Shown here one piece after another: positions 1 to 9,263 of a DNA stretch of 64,000 bases. The first letter of the stretch is position 1. Every line of letters starts with the position of its first letter. A program made the translations under genes and the position numbers. Origin of the DNA: an uncultured Chloroflexia bacterium (GTDB lineage: Bacteria > Chloroflexota > Limnocylindria > Limnocylindrales > CSP1-4); the NCBI GenBank assembly GCA_963708065.1, contig CAVPRZ010000011.1, forward strand, positions 524,915-588,914. Direction: 5' to 3'. The notes beneath the pieces are model-generated. The model searched no databases and was not told where the DNA came from. It saw only the letters and a list, made by a program, of their open reading frames with translations.

Positions 1-8
1 CCCCGGAG

Positions 9-2735
9 TTGAGACGATCGCGCACCTGGCAGCTGCCGGAACGGCCGTGGGCTCTCGACGCGAGCGAGGTTCTCGCGACGCTCGGGACCGAGGCGACCAC
101 CGGGTTGTCGGCGGGCGAGGCTGAGGCACGGCTCGCGGACGTCGGACCGAACGAGCTGGTCGAGCGGCGCCGCGTCCCGACCTGGCGCCTGGTCGCCGCG
201 CAGTTCGCGAACACGATGATCGTGGTCCTCGTGATCGCCGCGGTCGTCACCGCCCTCATCGGCGACCTCAAGGACGCCGCGGTGATCCTCGCGATCGTCG
301 TCCTCAACGGTGTCATCGGGTTCGTCCAGGACTACCGGGCGGACCGGGCCATGGCGGCGCTCAAAGAGATGACCAGCCCGACGGCGCGCGTCCTCCGGGC
401 GGCCGCGCTGGCGACCATCCCGGCGGGCGAGCTGGTTCCCGGCGACATCGTCCGGCTCGAGGCCGGGGACATCGTGCCCGCCGACCTCCGGCTCGTCGAG
501 GCGCGCTCGCTCCGGGTCAACGAGGCGGCCCTGACCGGCGAGTCCGAGCCGGCCACCAAGACCGACGCGGCCCTGCCGGCGGTCGGCGACGCGCTCCTGG
601 CGGATCAGCGGTGCATGGCGTTCAAGGGCACCTCCGCGACGTACGGCCGGGGAAGCGGCGTCGTCGTCGCGACGGGCATGGCGACCGCGCTCGGCCGGAT
701 CGCCGACCTGATGCAGGAGCACGCCGCGGGCCAGACGCCGCTCCAGATCAGGCTGTCGAGGCTCGGCAGGGCCCTTGCCGGCGCGGCGCTCGTCATCTGC
801 CTAGTCGTCTTCGTGCTCGGCGTGGCCCGCGGCGAGCCCGTCGAGCTCATGTTCCTGACCGCGGTGAGCCTGGCGGTCGCCGCAATCCCGGAGGCGCTGC
901 CCGCTGTCGTGACGATCTCGCTCGCACTCGGCGCCCAGCGGATGGCCCACCGCCGGGCCCTGGTCAGGAAGCTCCCGGCCGTCGAGACCCTGGGGTCGGT
1001 GACCGTCGTCTGCTCGGACAAGACGGGCACGCTCACCCAGAACCGGATGCTCGTCGAACGGGTCTGGACGCCGGACGGTGAGTACGACGTCGCCGGCGCC
1101 GGGTACGAGCCGGTCGGCTCGATCACCGGTGAGGCCGACCCGAACGACGATCGCTACCTCCGGTCGCTGGCCCGCGTCGCGGCCGCGTGCAACGACGCGA
1201 CCCTCCACGCGCCCCGACGCGCGACCGACGGCTGGGACGTCACCGGGGACCCGACCGAGGGCGCCCTCCTGGCGCTCGCCGGCAAGCTCGGGGTCAGCCG
1301 TCCGGACCTCGAGGCGGTCAACCCGCGGACGGCCGAGATCCCGTTCGACGCGGCACGCCGGCGGATGTGCACGCTCCACGAGGACGCGGGTGAGGTCTGG
1401 GTCGCGGTCAAGGGCGCGCTCGAGGCCCTGGCCCCGCTCGGCGACCTGGTCGATCTCCGGGCGTGGGAGCGGGCCACCGAGGTCGCGGAGCGATACGCCG
1501 CCGGCGGCTATCGCGTCCTCGCCCTCGCCGAACAGCGGCTCAGCGAGGTTCCCGACGTCGTCGACCATGCCGAGCGCCACCTCCGGCTCCTCGGGCTCGT
1601 GGGCATGGCCGATCCTCCGCGGCGCGAGTCGGCCGATGCGGTGGCCGCAGCGCGCCGGGCGGGCATCACCCCGGTGCTCATCACGGGCGATCACCCGTTG
1701 ACGGCGGAGGCGGTGGCGCGACGGGTCGGGATCCTGTCGGAAGGCGGGCGGTCGCTGACGGGTGCCGAGCTCGATGCGCTCGACGAGCCGGGTTTCGGGC
1801 AGATCGTCGCCGACGTGGCCGTCTACGCCCGGACCAGCCCGGAGCAGAAGCTGCGCATCGTCGAGGCCTGGCAGGGACGCAGCGCGGTCGTCGCGATGAC
1901 CGGCGACGGCGTCAACGACGCGCCTGCGCTCAAGCGCGCCGACATCGGGGTCGCGATGGGGATCACCGGGACCCAGGTCAGCCAGGAAGCGGCGGACATG
2001 GTCCTCGCCGACGACAACTTCGCCACCATCGTGACCGCGATCGAGGAGGGGCGGCGGATCTACGACAACATCCGCCGCTTCGTGCGCTACGCGCTGACGA
2101 GCAACTCGGGCGAGATCTGGACCATGGTCCTCGCCCCGCTCGCCGGGCTGCCCATCCCGCTCCTCCCGGTCCACATCCTCTGGATCAACCTGGTGACCGA
2201 CGGGCTGCCGGGCCTGGCGCTCGGCGTCGAGCCGGCCGAGCCCGACACGATGCGTCGTCCGCCGCGGCCGATGAGCGAGTCGATCTTCGCCCGCGGCCTC
2301 TGGCAGCAGGCGCTCTGGCTCGGCTTGCTCATGGGCCTGGTCGCGCTCTCGGTCCAGGCGTCTGCGATCGCCGGGGGATGGCACTGGCAGACGATGGTCT
2401 TCTCGGTCCTCGCCTTCCTCCAGCTCGGGAACGCGCTGGCGGTGCGGTCGGAGCGCGAGAGCTTCTTCCACCTCGGCTGGCGGAGCAACGTGCCCCTGAC
2501 GGCGGCGGTCGTGGGGACGGTGCTCGTCCAGCTCGCAATCATCTACCTGCCGCCGCTCCAGGCGATCTTCGCGACCCAGCCCCTGTCGGCGGTCGAGCTC
2601 GGCGTGGTCTTCGTCGCATCGAGCGCGGGCTTCCTCGCCCCCGAGATCGAGAAGTGGATTCGGCGGCGACAGGGGACACGGCCCACGGCCGCGACGCCCG
2701 AAGCCGGCCGGCCGGCACCGGTCGCGGGCCGCTGA
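9..2735 (+). CDS. P-type cation-transporting ATPase (P2-type, Ca2+/Mg2+-ATPase-like), 908 aa, intact; may begin at TTG or be 5'-partial
   Basis: Translation contains the P-type ATPase phosphorylation motif CSDKTGTLT and the hinge motif [11 protein letters not shown]. It has the cation-ATPase N-terminal domain and about 10 TM segments. The long ORF is unbroken. Confidence 0.9.
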   Translation: MRRSRTWQLPERPWALDASEVLATLGTEATTGLSAGEAEARLADVGPNELVERRRVPTWRLVAAQFANTMIVVLVIAAVVTALIGDLKDAAVILAIVVLNGVIGFVQDYRADRAMAALKEMTSPTARVLRAAALATIPAGELVPGDIVRLEAGDIVPADLRLVEARSLRVNEAALTGESEPATKTDAALPAVGDALLADQRCMAFKGTSATYGRGSGVVVATGMATALGRIADLMQEHAAGQTPLQIRLSRLGRALAGAALVICLVVFVLGVARGEPVELMFLTAVSLAVAAIPEALPAVVTISLALGAQRMAHRRALVRKLPAVETLGSVTVVCSDKTGTLTQNRMLVERVWTPDGEYDVAGAGYEPVGSITGEADPNDDRYLRSLARVAAACNDATLHAPRRATDGWDVTGDPTEGALLALAGKLGVSRPDLEAVNPRTAEIPFDAARRRMCTLHEDAGEVWVAVKGALEALAPLGDLVDLRAWERATEVAERYAAGGYRVLALAEQRLSEVPDVVDHAERHLRLLGLVGMADPPRRESADAVAAARRAGITPVLITGDHPLTAEAVARRVGILSEGGRSLTGAELDALDEPGFGQIVADVAVYARTSPEQKLRIVEAWQGRSAVVAMTGDGVNDAPALKRADIGVAMGITGTQVSQEAADMVLADDNFATIVTAIEEGRRIYDNIRRFVRYALTSNSGEIWTMVLAPLAGLPIPLLPVHILWINLVTDGLPGLALGVEPAEPDTMRRPPRPMSESIFARGLWQQALWLGLLMGLVALSVQASAIAGGWHWQTMVFSVLAFLQLGNALAVRSERESFFHLGWRSNVPLTAAVVGTVLVQLAIIYLPPLQAIFATQPLSAVELGVVFVASSAGFLAPEIEKWIRRRQGTRPTAATPEAGRPAPVAGR

Positions 2736-2815
2736 TCGAGCGAGGACGGCCCGTAGCGCGTCCCACGACCTTCGAGTCCTTGCGCCACGGCACCTGGTGT
2801 GTGATCGAATCAGGT

Positions 2816-3589
2816 GTGCGCAAGTCACTCGTGGTCGGCGTCATCGTAGCGGGCCTGGCCGTGGCCGTCGGCATCCGGGCGCTCGCGGTCGCCACCCAGC
2901 CCCGGCGGAGCACGCCCGTCTACGATCCGCCGGTCCTCGCCGGCCAGCAGCTCTGGGGTGCCTGCGCCGGCGGAGTCTATGCGCGCCGCGGCGACACCAT
3001 CGTCCTCACGTCGACCGGGCACTGTACGAGCGAGGGCACCGTCGCCTACGACCCCGACGGGGTGACCGTCCGCGGCGTGTTCGGACCGGCGGCCAGGGAC
3101 GCCACCTGCCCGTACCCCGGACATACCTGCGCGTCCTCGGACATCAACTACCTCGTCGTGGCGCCGGACCGCATCCCCTGGGGGCACCTCAACGTCATCG
3201 ACCTGGGGACGGCCGGCTACCGGGTCAACGCGCCTGGCACGAAGCCGCTGGGCTGCGCCGACATCTCCGTCGGGGACGCGGTCGAGATCGACGGGCGAAA
3301 CACCTATCGAAGCGGAACGGTCGCGGAGAAGGGCGACTACCTCCACGCCGAGGATGGTGCCTACTTCCCGTGCATGATTGCTGCCCGAATCCCGGTCGGG
3401 GTCGGCGACTCGGGCGGCGTGGTCCTGGTCCGCGGCATCCCGGCCGGCGTCACCTCGCGCTCCTTCGGTGGCAACCTCGGGTTCACCCCGCTGGCCGAGG
3501 GACTGACGCAGCTCGGACTCGAGCTGTGCACCACGCCCGACTGCGGGTTGGTCCCACCGGGGGCCGATCCGCGCGAGACCAACAGGTGA
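2816..3589 (+). CDS. secreted S1-family (chymotrypsin/streptogrisin-like) serine peptidase
   Basis: The frame-2 ORF has a GTG start in front of the signal-like N-terminus RKSLVVGVIVAGLAVAVGIRALA. It has a His-box TSTGHC and the catalytic-serine motif GDSGG. An alternative GTG start is at 2801. Confidence 0.75.
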   Translation: MRKSLVVGVIVAGLAVAVGIRALAVATQPRRSTPVYDPPVLAGQQLWGACAGGVYARRGDTIVLTSTGHCTSEGTVAYDPDGVTVRGVFGPAARDATCPYPGHTCASSDINYLVVAPDRIPWGHLNVIDLGTAGYRVNAPGTKPLGCADISVGDAVEIDGRNTYRSGTVAEKGDYLHAEDGAYFPCMIAARIPVGVGDSGGVVLVRGIPAGVTSRSFGGNLGFTPLAEGLTQLGLELCTTPDCGLVPPGADPRETNR

Positions 3590-3726
3590 CCGTCTCAGCC
3601 AGGCAGGATCGCTCAGGCCGCCCGGTCGGGGCGGGGCCCAGCGGCGAGCTTGGTCCTCAGCTCACGGCCTTCTTCACGAGTGACCCGGACAGGACGAGTT
3701 GGGTCAACAGTGGCAAAGGGGGAACG

Positions 3727-4110
3727 ATGAACGGGCTGCGGTTGCTCGTGATGATCTCGATGGCTCTCGCCGTGATCGGCTGTGCGGGCCAGGCGGTGCC
3801 CATCCTGACCGGACCCAATCCGTTCGCCGGCGACAACGGCACCACCGGCTGCTACACCAACTTCGCCGTCGGCACGCTCGTGGTCGACGCGACGTACGGC
3901 ACCGCCATCACCGACGAGTCCATCGGCGGCAGCGGCCCGGTCCTCTGGCCCACCGGCTACACCGGCCGCCAGTCAGGATCCGAGGTCGAGGTCGTCGATC
4001 GCGAAGGCCACGTGGTGGCCAGGACCGGGAACCGGTATCAGATCGAGGGTGCGTTCACCGGCGACAACCCGCGCGCCTGGTTGGCCTGCGGGTACGTCCT
4101 GCCAAAGTGA
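3727..4110 (+). CDS. hypothetical secreted lipoprotein (127 aa)
   Basis: ATG at 3727 is preceded by the strong RBS AAGGGGGG. The signal peptide MNGLRLLVMISMALAVIGC carries a lipobox Cys. The upstream portion of this ORF frame is an artefact of overlap with the protease. Confidence 0.7.
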   Translation: MNGLRLLVMISMALAVIGCAGQAVPILTGPNPFAGDNGTTGCYTNFAVGTLVVDATYGTAITDESIGGSGPVLWPTGYTGRQSGSEVEVVDREGHVVARTGNRYQIEGAFTGDNPRAWLACGYVLPK

Positions 4111-4225
4111 CACCAGACGGGAGTTAGCTGTTCTTCGCCAGTTAGCAGGCCCTCCCCGAAGAACCGACAGTCGTGAAGACCGTGCTCACTCCAGACAGCT
4201 GCTTCTCGTGAGCACGAAAGAGGGG

Positions 4226-4258
4226 AGTGGAGCCAGCACTCGGATTTGAACCGAGGAC
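4226..4258 (-). repeat. 33-bp direct repeat copying the 3' end of tRNA-Thr (att-like fragment; not a functional tRNA)
   Basis: The sequence agtggagccagcactcggatttgaaccgaggac matches 31/33 positions of 5428..5460, which holds the T-arm, 3' acceptor strand and CCA of tRNA-Thr. Upstream sequence cannot form a D-arm or anticodon arm, and position 8 is C rather than U. Confidence 0.6.
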
Positions 4259-4367
4259 GCCGACAACGGTCGGGATGTCGAATCGGCAACGGGAGCGCGC
4301 CGGCGACTCGCGGACATCGACGACCACGGCCTACCGACAGGCTTTGCGGCCTGACCGTGAAGCCTTC

Positions 4368-5198
4368 TCAGTCGAGCTTGGTCGACAACTTGATGCTGTC
4401 GACGACCGGCTGCGCGACTGGGGCGAACTTCGTCGCGTCGACGACGTTGTAGACGATGTACAGCATGTGGGGTCCGTCGCCGATCTGCGCGAGGTACAGG
4501 CGCGTCTTCATGTCGCTCCCGATCGCCCACGGCTCAGGGAACTCCGGGAATGTGAAGATCGCGGCACAGGCGCGCACGGGGCAGCCCGGGTCACCGTTTG
4601 GCGCGTCTCCTGCGACGGCGATATCCATCACGAGAGCAGGGAGCTTGTTCTGACCGATGGTCGTCTTCTTGGCCGGCGATACCGTCAGCTCGCGGACACC
4701 GTGGAGCCAGTCGCTGACGGCGCTTGGAGTGTTGGCCACCCCCGTGACCGGTTTGCCGTCATAGGTGACCGGGCTCATGTCGAGCCAGAACACGATCGAA
4801 TCGCCTTCCCCATTGGTGCCGGCGACGTCCAGGGCGAACTCCCCCGTGCTGTCCTCATGGCTGGACCACCTGTCGTCAAGGGTGACCGTTAATCCACCTG
4901 GGTAGAAGTTCACCGTGGTGTACTTCCCCGCAGGCAGCGGGCCAGGCTGGGTCAGCGCAGGTGGTTGCATCTGCATGAGCAGGCAGGCGGGATCGCACGA
5001 GGGCGTCGGCTGCGAGACCGATGGGCTGGCGACCGCAAGCGCCGTGGTGGAGGCTGACGGTCGCGCGGCCAGGGTCGGCACTCCGCTGGCGGCCACAGGT
5101 CCCGAGGGCGCCGGGAGGCTGGCGGCGGGACCGGAACAGGCCGCGGCCAGCAGCGCGATGAGCGTGGCGAAGAGCCAGCGTGACTCGAGATGACGCAT
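4368..5198 (-). CDS. hypothetical lipoprotein (276 aa), cargo of lower-GC islet
   Basis: ATG at 5198 with a GAGG RBS. The signal peptide MRHLESRWLFATLIALLAAAC has a lipobox. Codon composition is non-repetitive. Local GC is about 62-64%, well below the window average. Confidence 0.7.
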   Translation of the reverse strand: MRHLESRWLFATLIALLAAACSGPAASLPAPSGPVAASGVPTLAARPSASTTALAVASPSVSQPTPSCDPACLLMQMQPPALTQPGPLPAGKYTTVNFYPGGLTVTLDDRWSSHEDSTGEFALDVAGTNGEGDSIVFWLDMSPVTYDGKPVTGVANTPSAVSDWLHGVRELTVSPAKKTTIGQNKLPALVMDIAVAGDAPNGDPGCPVRACAAIFTFPEFPEPWAIGSDMKTRLYLAQIGDGPHMLYIVYNVVDATKFAPVAQPVVDSIKLSTKLD

Positions 5199-5429
5199 GG
5201 CTAACTGCTACCTCGTGCATTCGGATCCTGGTAGCAATGTAAACCGTCGTCATCGCTGGCGAGACAACAGTTGTCGATCGCCGGCAGCGTTTCGTCGAGC
5301 GCAGCTTGCTCGCAGGCGCACGCGACGGGTCTGCCAGTCCGAACGTTAGACGGTGTAGGTCAGTATCAAACGCGGTCGGAGTGGACAGCGGACCGAAACT
5401 GGTCGCTGTGTCACGCTCATTCGAGGAAG

Positions 5430-5504
5430 TGGAGCCGACACTCGGATTTGAACCGAGGACCTGCTGTTTACGAAACAGCTGCTCTACCGCTGAGCTATGT
5501 CGGC
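5430..5504 (-). tRNA. tRNA-Thr (anticodon CGT), 75 nt with encoded CCA
   Basis: Manual fold on the minus strand gives acceptor GCCGACA/TGTCGGC, D-stem GCTC/GAGC with D-loop AGCGGTA, anticodon stem GCTGT/ACAGC with loop TTCGTAA (anticodon CGT), T-arm CTCGG-TTCAAAT-CCGAG, discriminator T and CCA. Confidence 0.85.
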
Positions 5505-5662
5505 CCGGAGCGAGACTCTAGCACGGGGACGCACGCCGAGCCCCGCTGGGACTCGCCGGGGCGTATCGCGTACGTGGTCAGATGGGTCGTCAGGATCAGG
5601 GCCTGCCCGCCCCTGACCTCTGTCCGGTTGCGCGCCCTCCCATGCCATCCGAGGATGCACTG

Positions 5663-6142
5663 ATGGTTGACCGGCGGGCTCGCAGCGCTGCCCTGCTGGC
5701 CGGCTTCACCCTGGCCGGTTTGTTGGCGGCCGTCCTGGTCATCCAGTTGCGGGCGGGCTCGTGGCCGGCCTCGTCGTGGACGCCGCGATACTGGGAGGCG
5801 TCCTACCCATCCAGCGTGGTCGCATGGCGTGTGGAGGAGGACGCCGCCGGCCGGACCGAGACCAACCTCCCGATCCACTACTACCCGGACCGGTGCAAGG
5901 ACATCCACTCGGCCTTCATGGCAGATCCCGAGGTCGTCTACTCGCCGACGGCGGTGATGGTCAGGCTCCACGTGGCCGATTTCGTGATGGGCAGCACCGA
6001 CGGGGACAACATCGGCTACCTGCCGACCTGCGATCTACGGCCGGCGGACGGCATCGTCACCTACATCCGCCTGGATGAGCCCCTCGGCGGACGACAGCTG
6101 CTCGACGGATCCACCTGGCCACCCCGCGAGGTGTCTCCCTGA
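5663..6142 (+). CDS. hypothetical membrane-anchored (signal-anchor) protein, 159 aa
   Basis: ATG at 5663 is preceded by GAGGA 7 nt upstream. The N-terminal TM segment is AALLAGFTLAGLLAAVLVIQL, followed by a non-repetitive extracytoplasmic domain. Confidence 0.5.
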   Translation: MVDRRARSAALLAGFTLAGLLAAVLVIQLRAGSWPASSWTPRYWEASYPSSVVAWRVEEDAAGRTETNLPIHYYPDRCKDIHSAFMADPEVVYSPTAVMVRLHVADFVMGSTDGDNIGYLPTCDLRPADGIVTYIRLDEPLGGRQLLDGSTWPPREVSP

Positions 6143-6539
6143 GGTCGTTGAGGACGCCATTGCTTACGTTCGTGGCGGTCGTGCCCAGGATTCCGGGGTC
6201 GAGCAGCTCAATTCCTGGCTAGTGCAGGTGAGCACCGCTGAGAAATGATCCAACCAGGGTCGGGGAGCGGAGACAGTGGGAGGGGAACCCACTAGCCCGA
6301 TCAGGCCCATGCCGATCACGATGGAATACCTTCACGCGAGCGTGCCGCTCGACTCCGCCGGCGACGCTGTGGCTCCGGCCGCATCTTACGGAGCAGGGCA
6401 CACCGCCAGACGCGACCCCGTCGATGCCACACAATCCCCGCTGAGGCCACCCGCGACTGCCACGAGCAGGCCGATCCCTTGGCCAACCATGGTGACGTAC
6501 CTGCCACGGGATGCCCACAATGCCAGCTAAAGTTGGCCC

Positions 6540-7247
6540 ATGAAGCCTGCACCGATCATCCTGGTCCCCGGGTTCTGGCTCGGCGCGTGGGCGTGGGACG
6601 AGGTCGCCGCCGACCTGCGGGCCGACGGCCACGAGGTCACCGCCATCACGCTGCCGGGTCTCGAATCGGTCAATGCGGACCGATCCGCGATCACGATGGA
6701 GGATCACGTCGAGTCGATCGTCGCGGCGGTCGAGGCGGCCCCGCGACCGGTCGTCCTCGCCGTCCACAGCGCGAGCGGATTCTCCGGCTACGCCACGAGC
6801 GACCGGGTCCCCGAGCGGATCGCGGCGATGGTCTACGTCGACACGGCCCCGGGGAAGGGGGCGCTCGACCCCGACTTCGCGGACGTCGAGAAGCCCCTCG
6901 TCTGGAAGGACATCGAGGCCGAGGAGAACCTCGACGGGCTGACCGAGGCCCACAAGGAGCGGTTCCGCCAGCGGGCCGTCCCGGTCCCCGGCGGCGTGAT
7001 CCGCAGCGGCGTCGAGCTCACGAACGATGCCCGCCGCGACATCCCGAGCACGTTCGTGTGCACCGGGTTCTCGGCCGCCGACTACCAGAAGTACGCCAGC
7101 GAAGCCGATTGGGCATTCCTCGCCGGCGTGAACGAGGTTCGCAACGCGACCTGGATCGACCTGCCGACGAGCCACTGGCCGATGTGGTCGCGGCCGCGTG
7201 AGCTGGCCGCGATCATCGCCGACGTCGCGGCCGCCCATCCCTCGTGA
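6540..7247 (+). CDS. alpha/beta hydrolase fold esterase (methylesterase/SABP2-like)
   Basis: The nucleophile elbow is HSASG within a GxSxG motif. The N-terminus IILVPGFWLGAWAWD is typical of the fold. Length is 235 aa. Confidence 0.85.
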   Translation: MKPAPIILVPGFWLGAWAWDEVAADLRADGHEVTAITLPGLESVNADRSAITMEDHVESIVAAVEAAPRPVVLAVHSASGFSGYATSDRVPERIAAMVYVDTAPGKGALDPDFADVEKPLVWKDIEAEENLDGLTEAHKERFRQRAVPVPGGVIRSGVELTNDARRDIPSTFVCTGFSAADYQKYASEADWAFLAGVNEVRNATWIDLPTSHWPMWSRPRELAAIIADVAAAHPS

Positions 7248-7344
7248 CCGGTAGGGCGGCCATGGCGCAGACGGGCATCGACCCGGTCGGCCATGCTGTC
7301 CGGGACGGGCATCGGCCTGGTCCGGCGATCATGGAGGACACGGC

Positions 7345-7704
7345 ATGAACCTCAACGGCATCCTGATCGGGTCCGAGGATCCGGCGCGCCTCACCGCCTA
7401 CTACACCAGGGTCTTCGGCGAGCCCGGCTGGAACGACGGCGGCTTCAGCGGCTGGCAGATCGGTACAGGCTGGCTGGCGGTCGGGCCGCACGACCAGGTC
7501 AAGGGCAGCAGCGCGCAGCCCGGCCGGGTGATCTGGAACATCGAGAGCGCGGACGTCCCGGGCGACTTCGACCGGCTGAAGGCGGCCGGCGCGGCCGTCA
7601 TCCGAGAGCCCTATCACCCGGGCCAGGAGCCGGAGGGTTGGATCGCGACGTTCTCCGATCCCGACGACAACTACTTCCAGCTCATGAGCGCGATGACGCC
7701 GTAG
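7345..7704 (+). CDS. VOC (glyoxalase/bleomycin-resistance) family protein
   Basis: 119 aa with beta-alpha-beta-beta-beta composition and a C-terminal DPDDNYFQL motif typical of VOC proteins. Confidence 0.75.
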   Translation: MNLNGILIGSEDPARLTAYYTRVFGEPGWNDGGFSGWQIGTGWLAVGPHDQVKGSSAQPGRVIWNIESADVPGDFDRLKAAGAAVIREPYHPGQEPEGWIATFSDPDDNYFQLMSAMTP

Positions 7705-8173
7705 CTCGCGAGCGCAGCTCGAACATGGGGTGCTGGCGAGCCTCGGCGACGTACTCCTCGAGGGTGGCGTGGGCGTGGTAGCCGAGGAAGCGCCCGACCA
7801 CCGGGGCGAGGATCCTCGAGTTGAGATAGGGCGCCAGGGCGTCGCGCAGGATCGGGCCACCCTCTTCCGGCGGCACCTCGATCGCCACGACCTCTTCGCG
7901 CTCGCCGCCCTTCGTCACGACGGCCTCGCCGGCGGCGCGCAGGTTGCGGACCCAGTTGACCTCACCGAACGGCGACTGGACGAACCGTCGGCCGTCGAGC
8001 TCGAGGATCGCGACCGGGAAGGTCCTCGGGAGGCCGGACGAGCGACCGCGGACGGTCAGGAGCACGTTCGGACCGAACGGCAGGCCGGCACCGAGGAGCC
8101 GCCTGATCAGGGGGTTGAGCATCGGGATGAGTGACGGGACGTTTGGCGTCCCGAGGGCACGGGCATCGGACAT
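7682..8173 (-). CDS. nitroreductase-family deazaflavin(F420)-dependent oxidoreductase-like protein (DUF385-type)
   Basis: ATG at 8173 with an AGGAG RBS. It carries an LLTVRGRSSGLPRTFPV segment and a WVRNLRA motif resembling the DUF385 split-barrel family. The upstream part of the ORF is Arg-rich and non-coding-like. Confidence 0.55.
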   Translation of the reverse strand: MSDARALGTPNVPSLIPMLNPLIRRLLGAGLPFGPNVLLTVRGRSSGLPRTFPVAILELDGRRFVQSPFGEVNWVRNLRAAGEAVVTKGGEREEVVAIEVPPEEGGPILRDALAPYLNSRILAPVVGRFLGYHAHATLEEYVAEARQHPMFELRSRATASSRS

Positions 8174-8338
8174 GGTGGGCGTCGTCTCCTGGTGGCGCTG
8201 CGGCGTCCTGCGACGCCCACGATCGAACTCGATCGCACCAGAGACACGAACTTCGGGCCGGCGATGTGACCGATGGGCGGATCCGCCCCGTGGCACCGAT
8301 CAGTCACGTTTCGGCCGCGGGATTCGTTGACCGATCAG

Positions 8339-9229
8339 ATGAAGGATCTCGAAGGCCGACCCGCCAATTCCCGGGTCCTGCTGGCGCGAGAGTTCGAGCG
8401 CCACCGCTCATATCTCCGCTCGGTCGCCTACCGGATGCTCGGTTCGGTGACGGAGGCCGACGACGCACTCCAGGAGACCTGGCTGCGGCTCGACCGCCGA
8501 CCTCCGGATGTGGCCGATGACCTGCGGCCATGGCTGACCACGGTCGTCGGGCGGATCTGCCTCGACATGCTCCGCAGCCGGCGTTCCCGCCGCGAGGACT
8601 ACGCCGGGTCGTGGCTGCCGGAGCCGGTCGTGGTCGCCGACGAGTCGCCCGAGGCCGAGGCGGTCGTCGCGGACTCGATCGGGCTGGCCCTCCTGGTCGT
8701 GCTCGAGACGCTCACCCCGGCCGAGCGCCTTGCGTTCGTGCTGCACGACGTGTTCGCGGTCCCGTACGACGAGATCGCCCCGGTCGTCGACCGATCGCCG
8801 GCGGCCGCCCGACAGCTCGCGAGCCGGGCCCGGCGGCGCGTCCACGCTGCACGGGCCGAGCCGGATGCCGACCTTGCCGTCCAGCGGCGGGTCGTCGATG
8901 CGTTCCTGGCGGCCGCCCGGGCCGGCGACTTCGAGGCCCTCCTGGAGGTCCTGGATCCGGATGTCGTGCTCCGCACCGACGGCGGCGGACGCGGTCCCCT
9001 CGCGCGGCCGCCGGTCGTCGGCAGGACGCAGGTCGCCGAGGTCCTCCGGACGAGGGCGCAGACCTTCGCGCCGCTCGGCAGGCCTGCCCTCGTCAACGGC
9101 GGCCCGGGCGTGGTCGTCGGGCCGCCGGGCGGGGTGTTGGCGGTCGTCGGCCTCACGGTAACCGGCGGGCTGATCCGCGAGATCGACATCGTCGGCGACC
9201 CGGCCAAGCTCCGCGGCCTCGACCTCTGA
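8339..9229 (+). CDS. ECF RNA polymerase sigma factor with C-terminal SnoaL-like extension (SigJ/ECF41-like), 296 aa
   Basis: Sigma-70 region 2 (YLRSVAYRMLGSVTEADDALQETWLR) and region 4 (LTPAERLAFVLHDVFAVPYDEIAPVV) are followed by a roughly 120-aa extension. It is divergent from the DUF385 gene. Confidence 0.85.
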   Translation: MKDLEGRPANSRVLLAREFERHRSYLRSVAYRMLGSVTEADDALQETWLRLDRRPPDVADDLRPWLTTVVGRICLDMLRSRRSRREDYAGSWLPEPVVVADESPEAEAVVADSIGLALLVVLETLTPAERLAFVLHDVFAVPYDEIAPVVDRSPAAARQLASRARRRVHAARAEPDADLAVQRRVVDAFLAAARAGDFEALLEVLDPDVVLRTDGGGRGPLARPPVVGRTQVAEVLRTRAQTFAPLGRPALVNGGPGVVVGPPGGVLAVVGLTVTGGLIREIDIVGDPAKLRGLDL

Positions 9230-9263
9230 TCGCCCATCGGGTCGCCCCCAGGCGACGGGAGCC

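Noticed and set aside
801-2828. 675-aa minus-strand ORF and several other ORFs antisense to or overlapping the P-type ATPase (1078..1701, 1463..2735 portion, 2087..2542)
   Set aside because: They are Arg/Asp/Pro-rich low-complexity translations opposite a strongly supported gene, which is typical antisense ORF noise in high-GC DNA.
3590-3700. Rho-independent terminator after the S1 protease gene (gccgcccggtcggggcggggcc)
   Set aside because: The G/C-rich segment does not form a clean inverted repeat and has no U-tract, so it was not called.
2797-3726. N-terminal 310 aa of ORF 2797..4110 (+)
   Set aside because: The Arg-rich translation overlaps the S1 protease frame. Only the C-terminal 127 aa from ATG 3727, which have an RBS and lipoprotein signal peptide, look coding.
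4228-4305. Possible second full-length tRNA on the minus strand, sharing the T-arm and CCA with tRNA-Thr
   Set aside because: Upstream sequence cannot form a D-arm or anticodon arm, U8 and G18/G19 are absent, and the acceptor would need two G-U pairs. It is interpreted as a 33-nt att-like fragment only.
6219-7238. 339-aa minus ORF
   Set aside because: It is antisense to the well-supported alpha/beta hydrolase (6540..7247) and is compositionally biased towards D, R and G.
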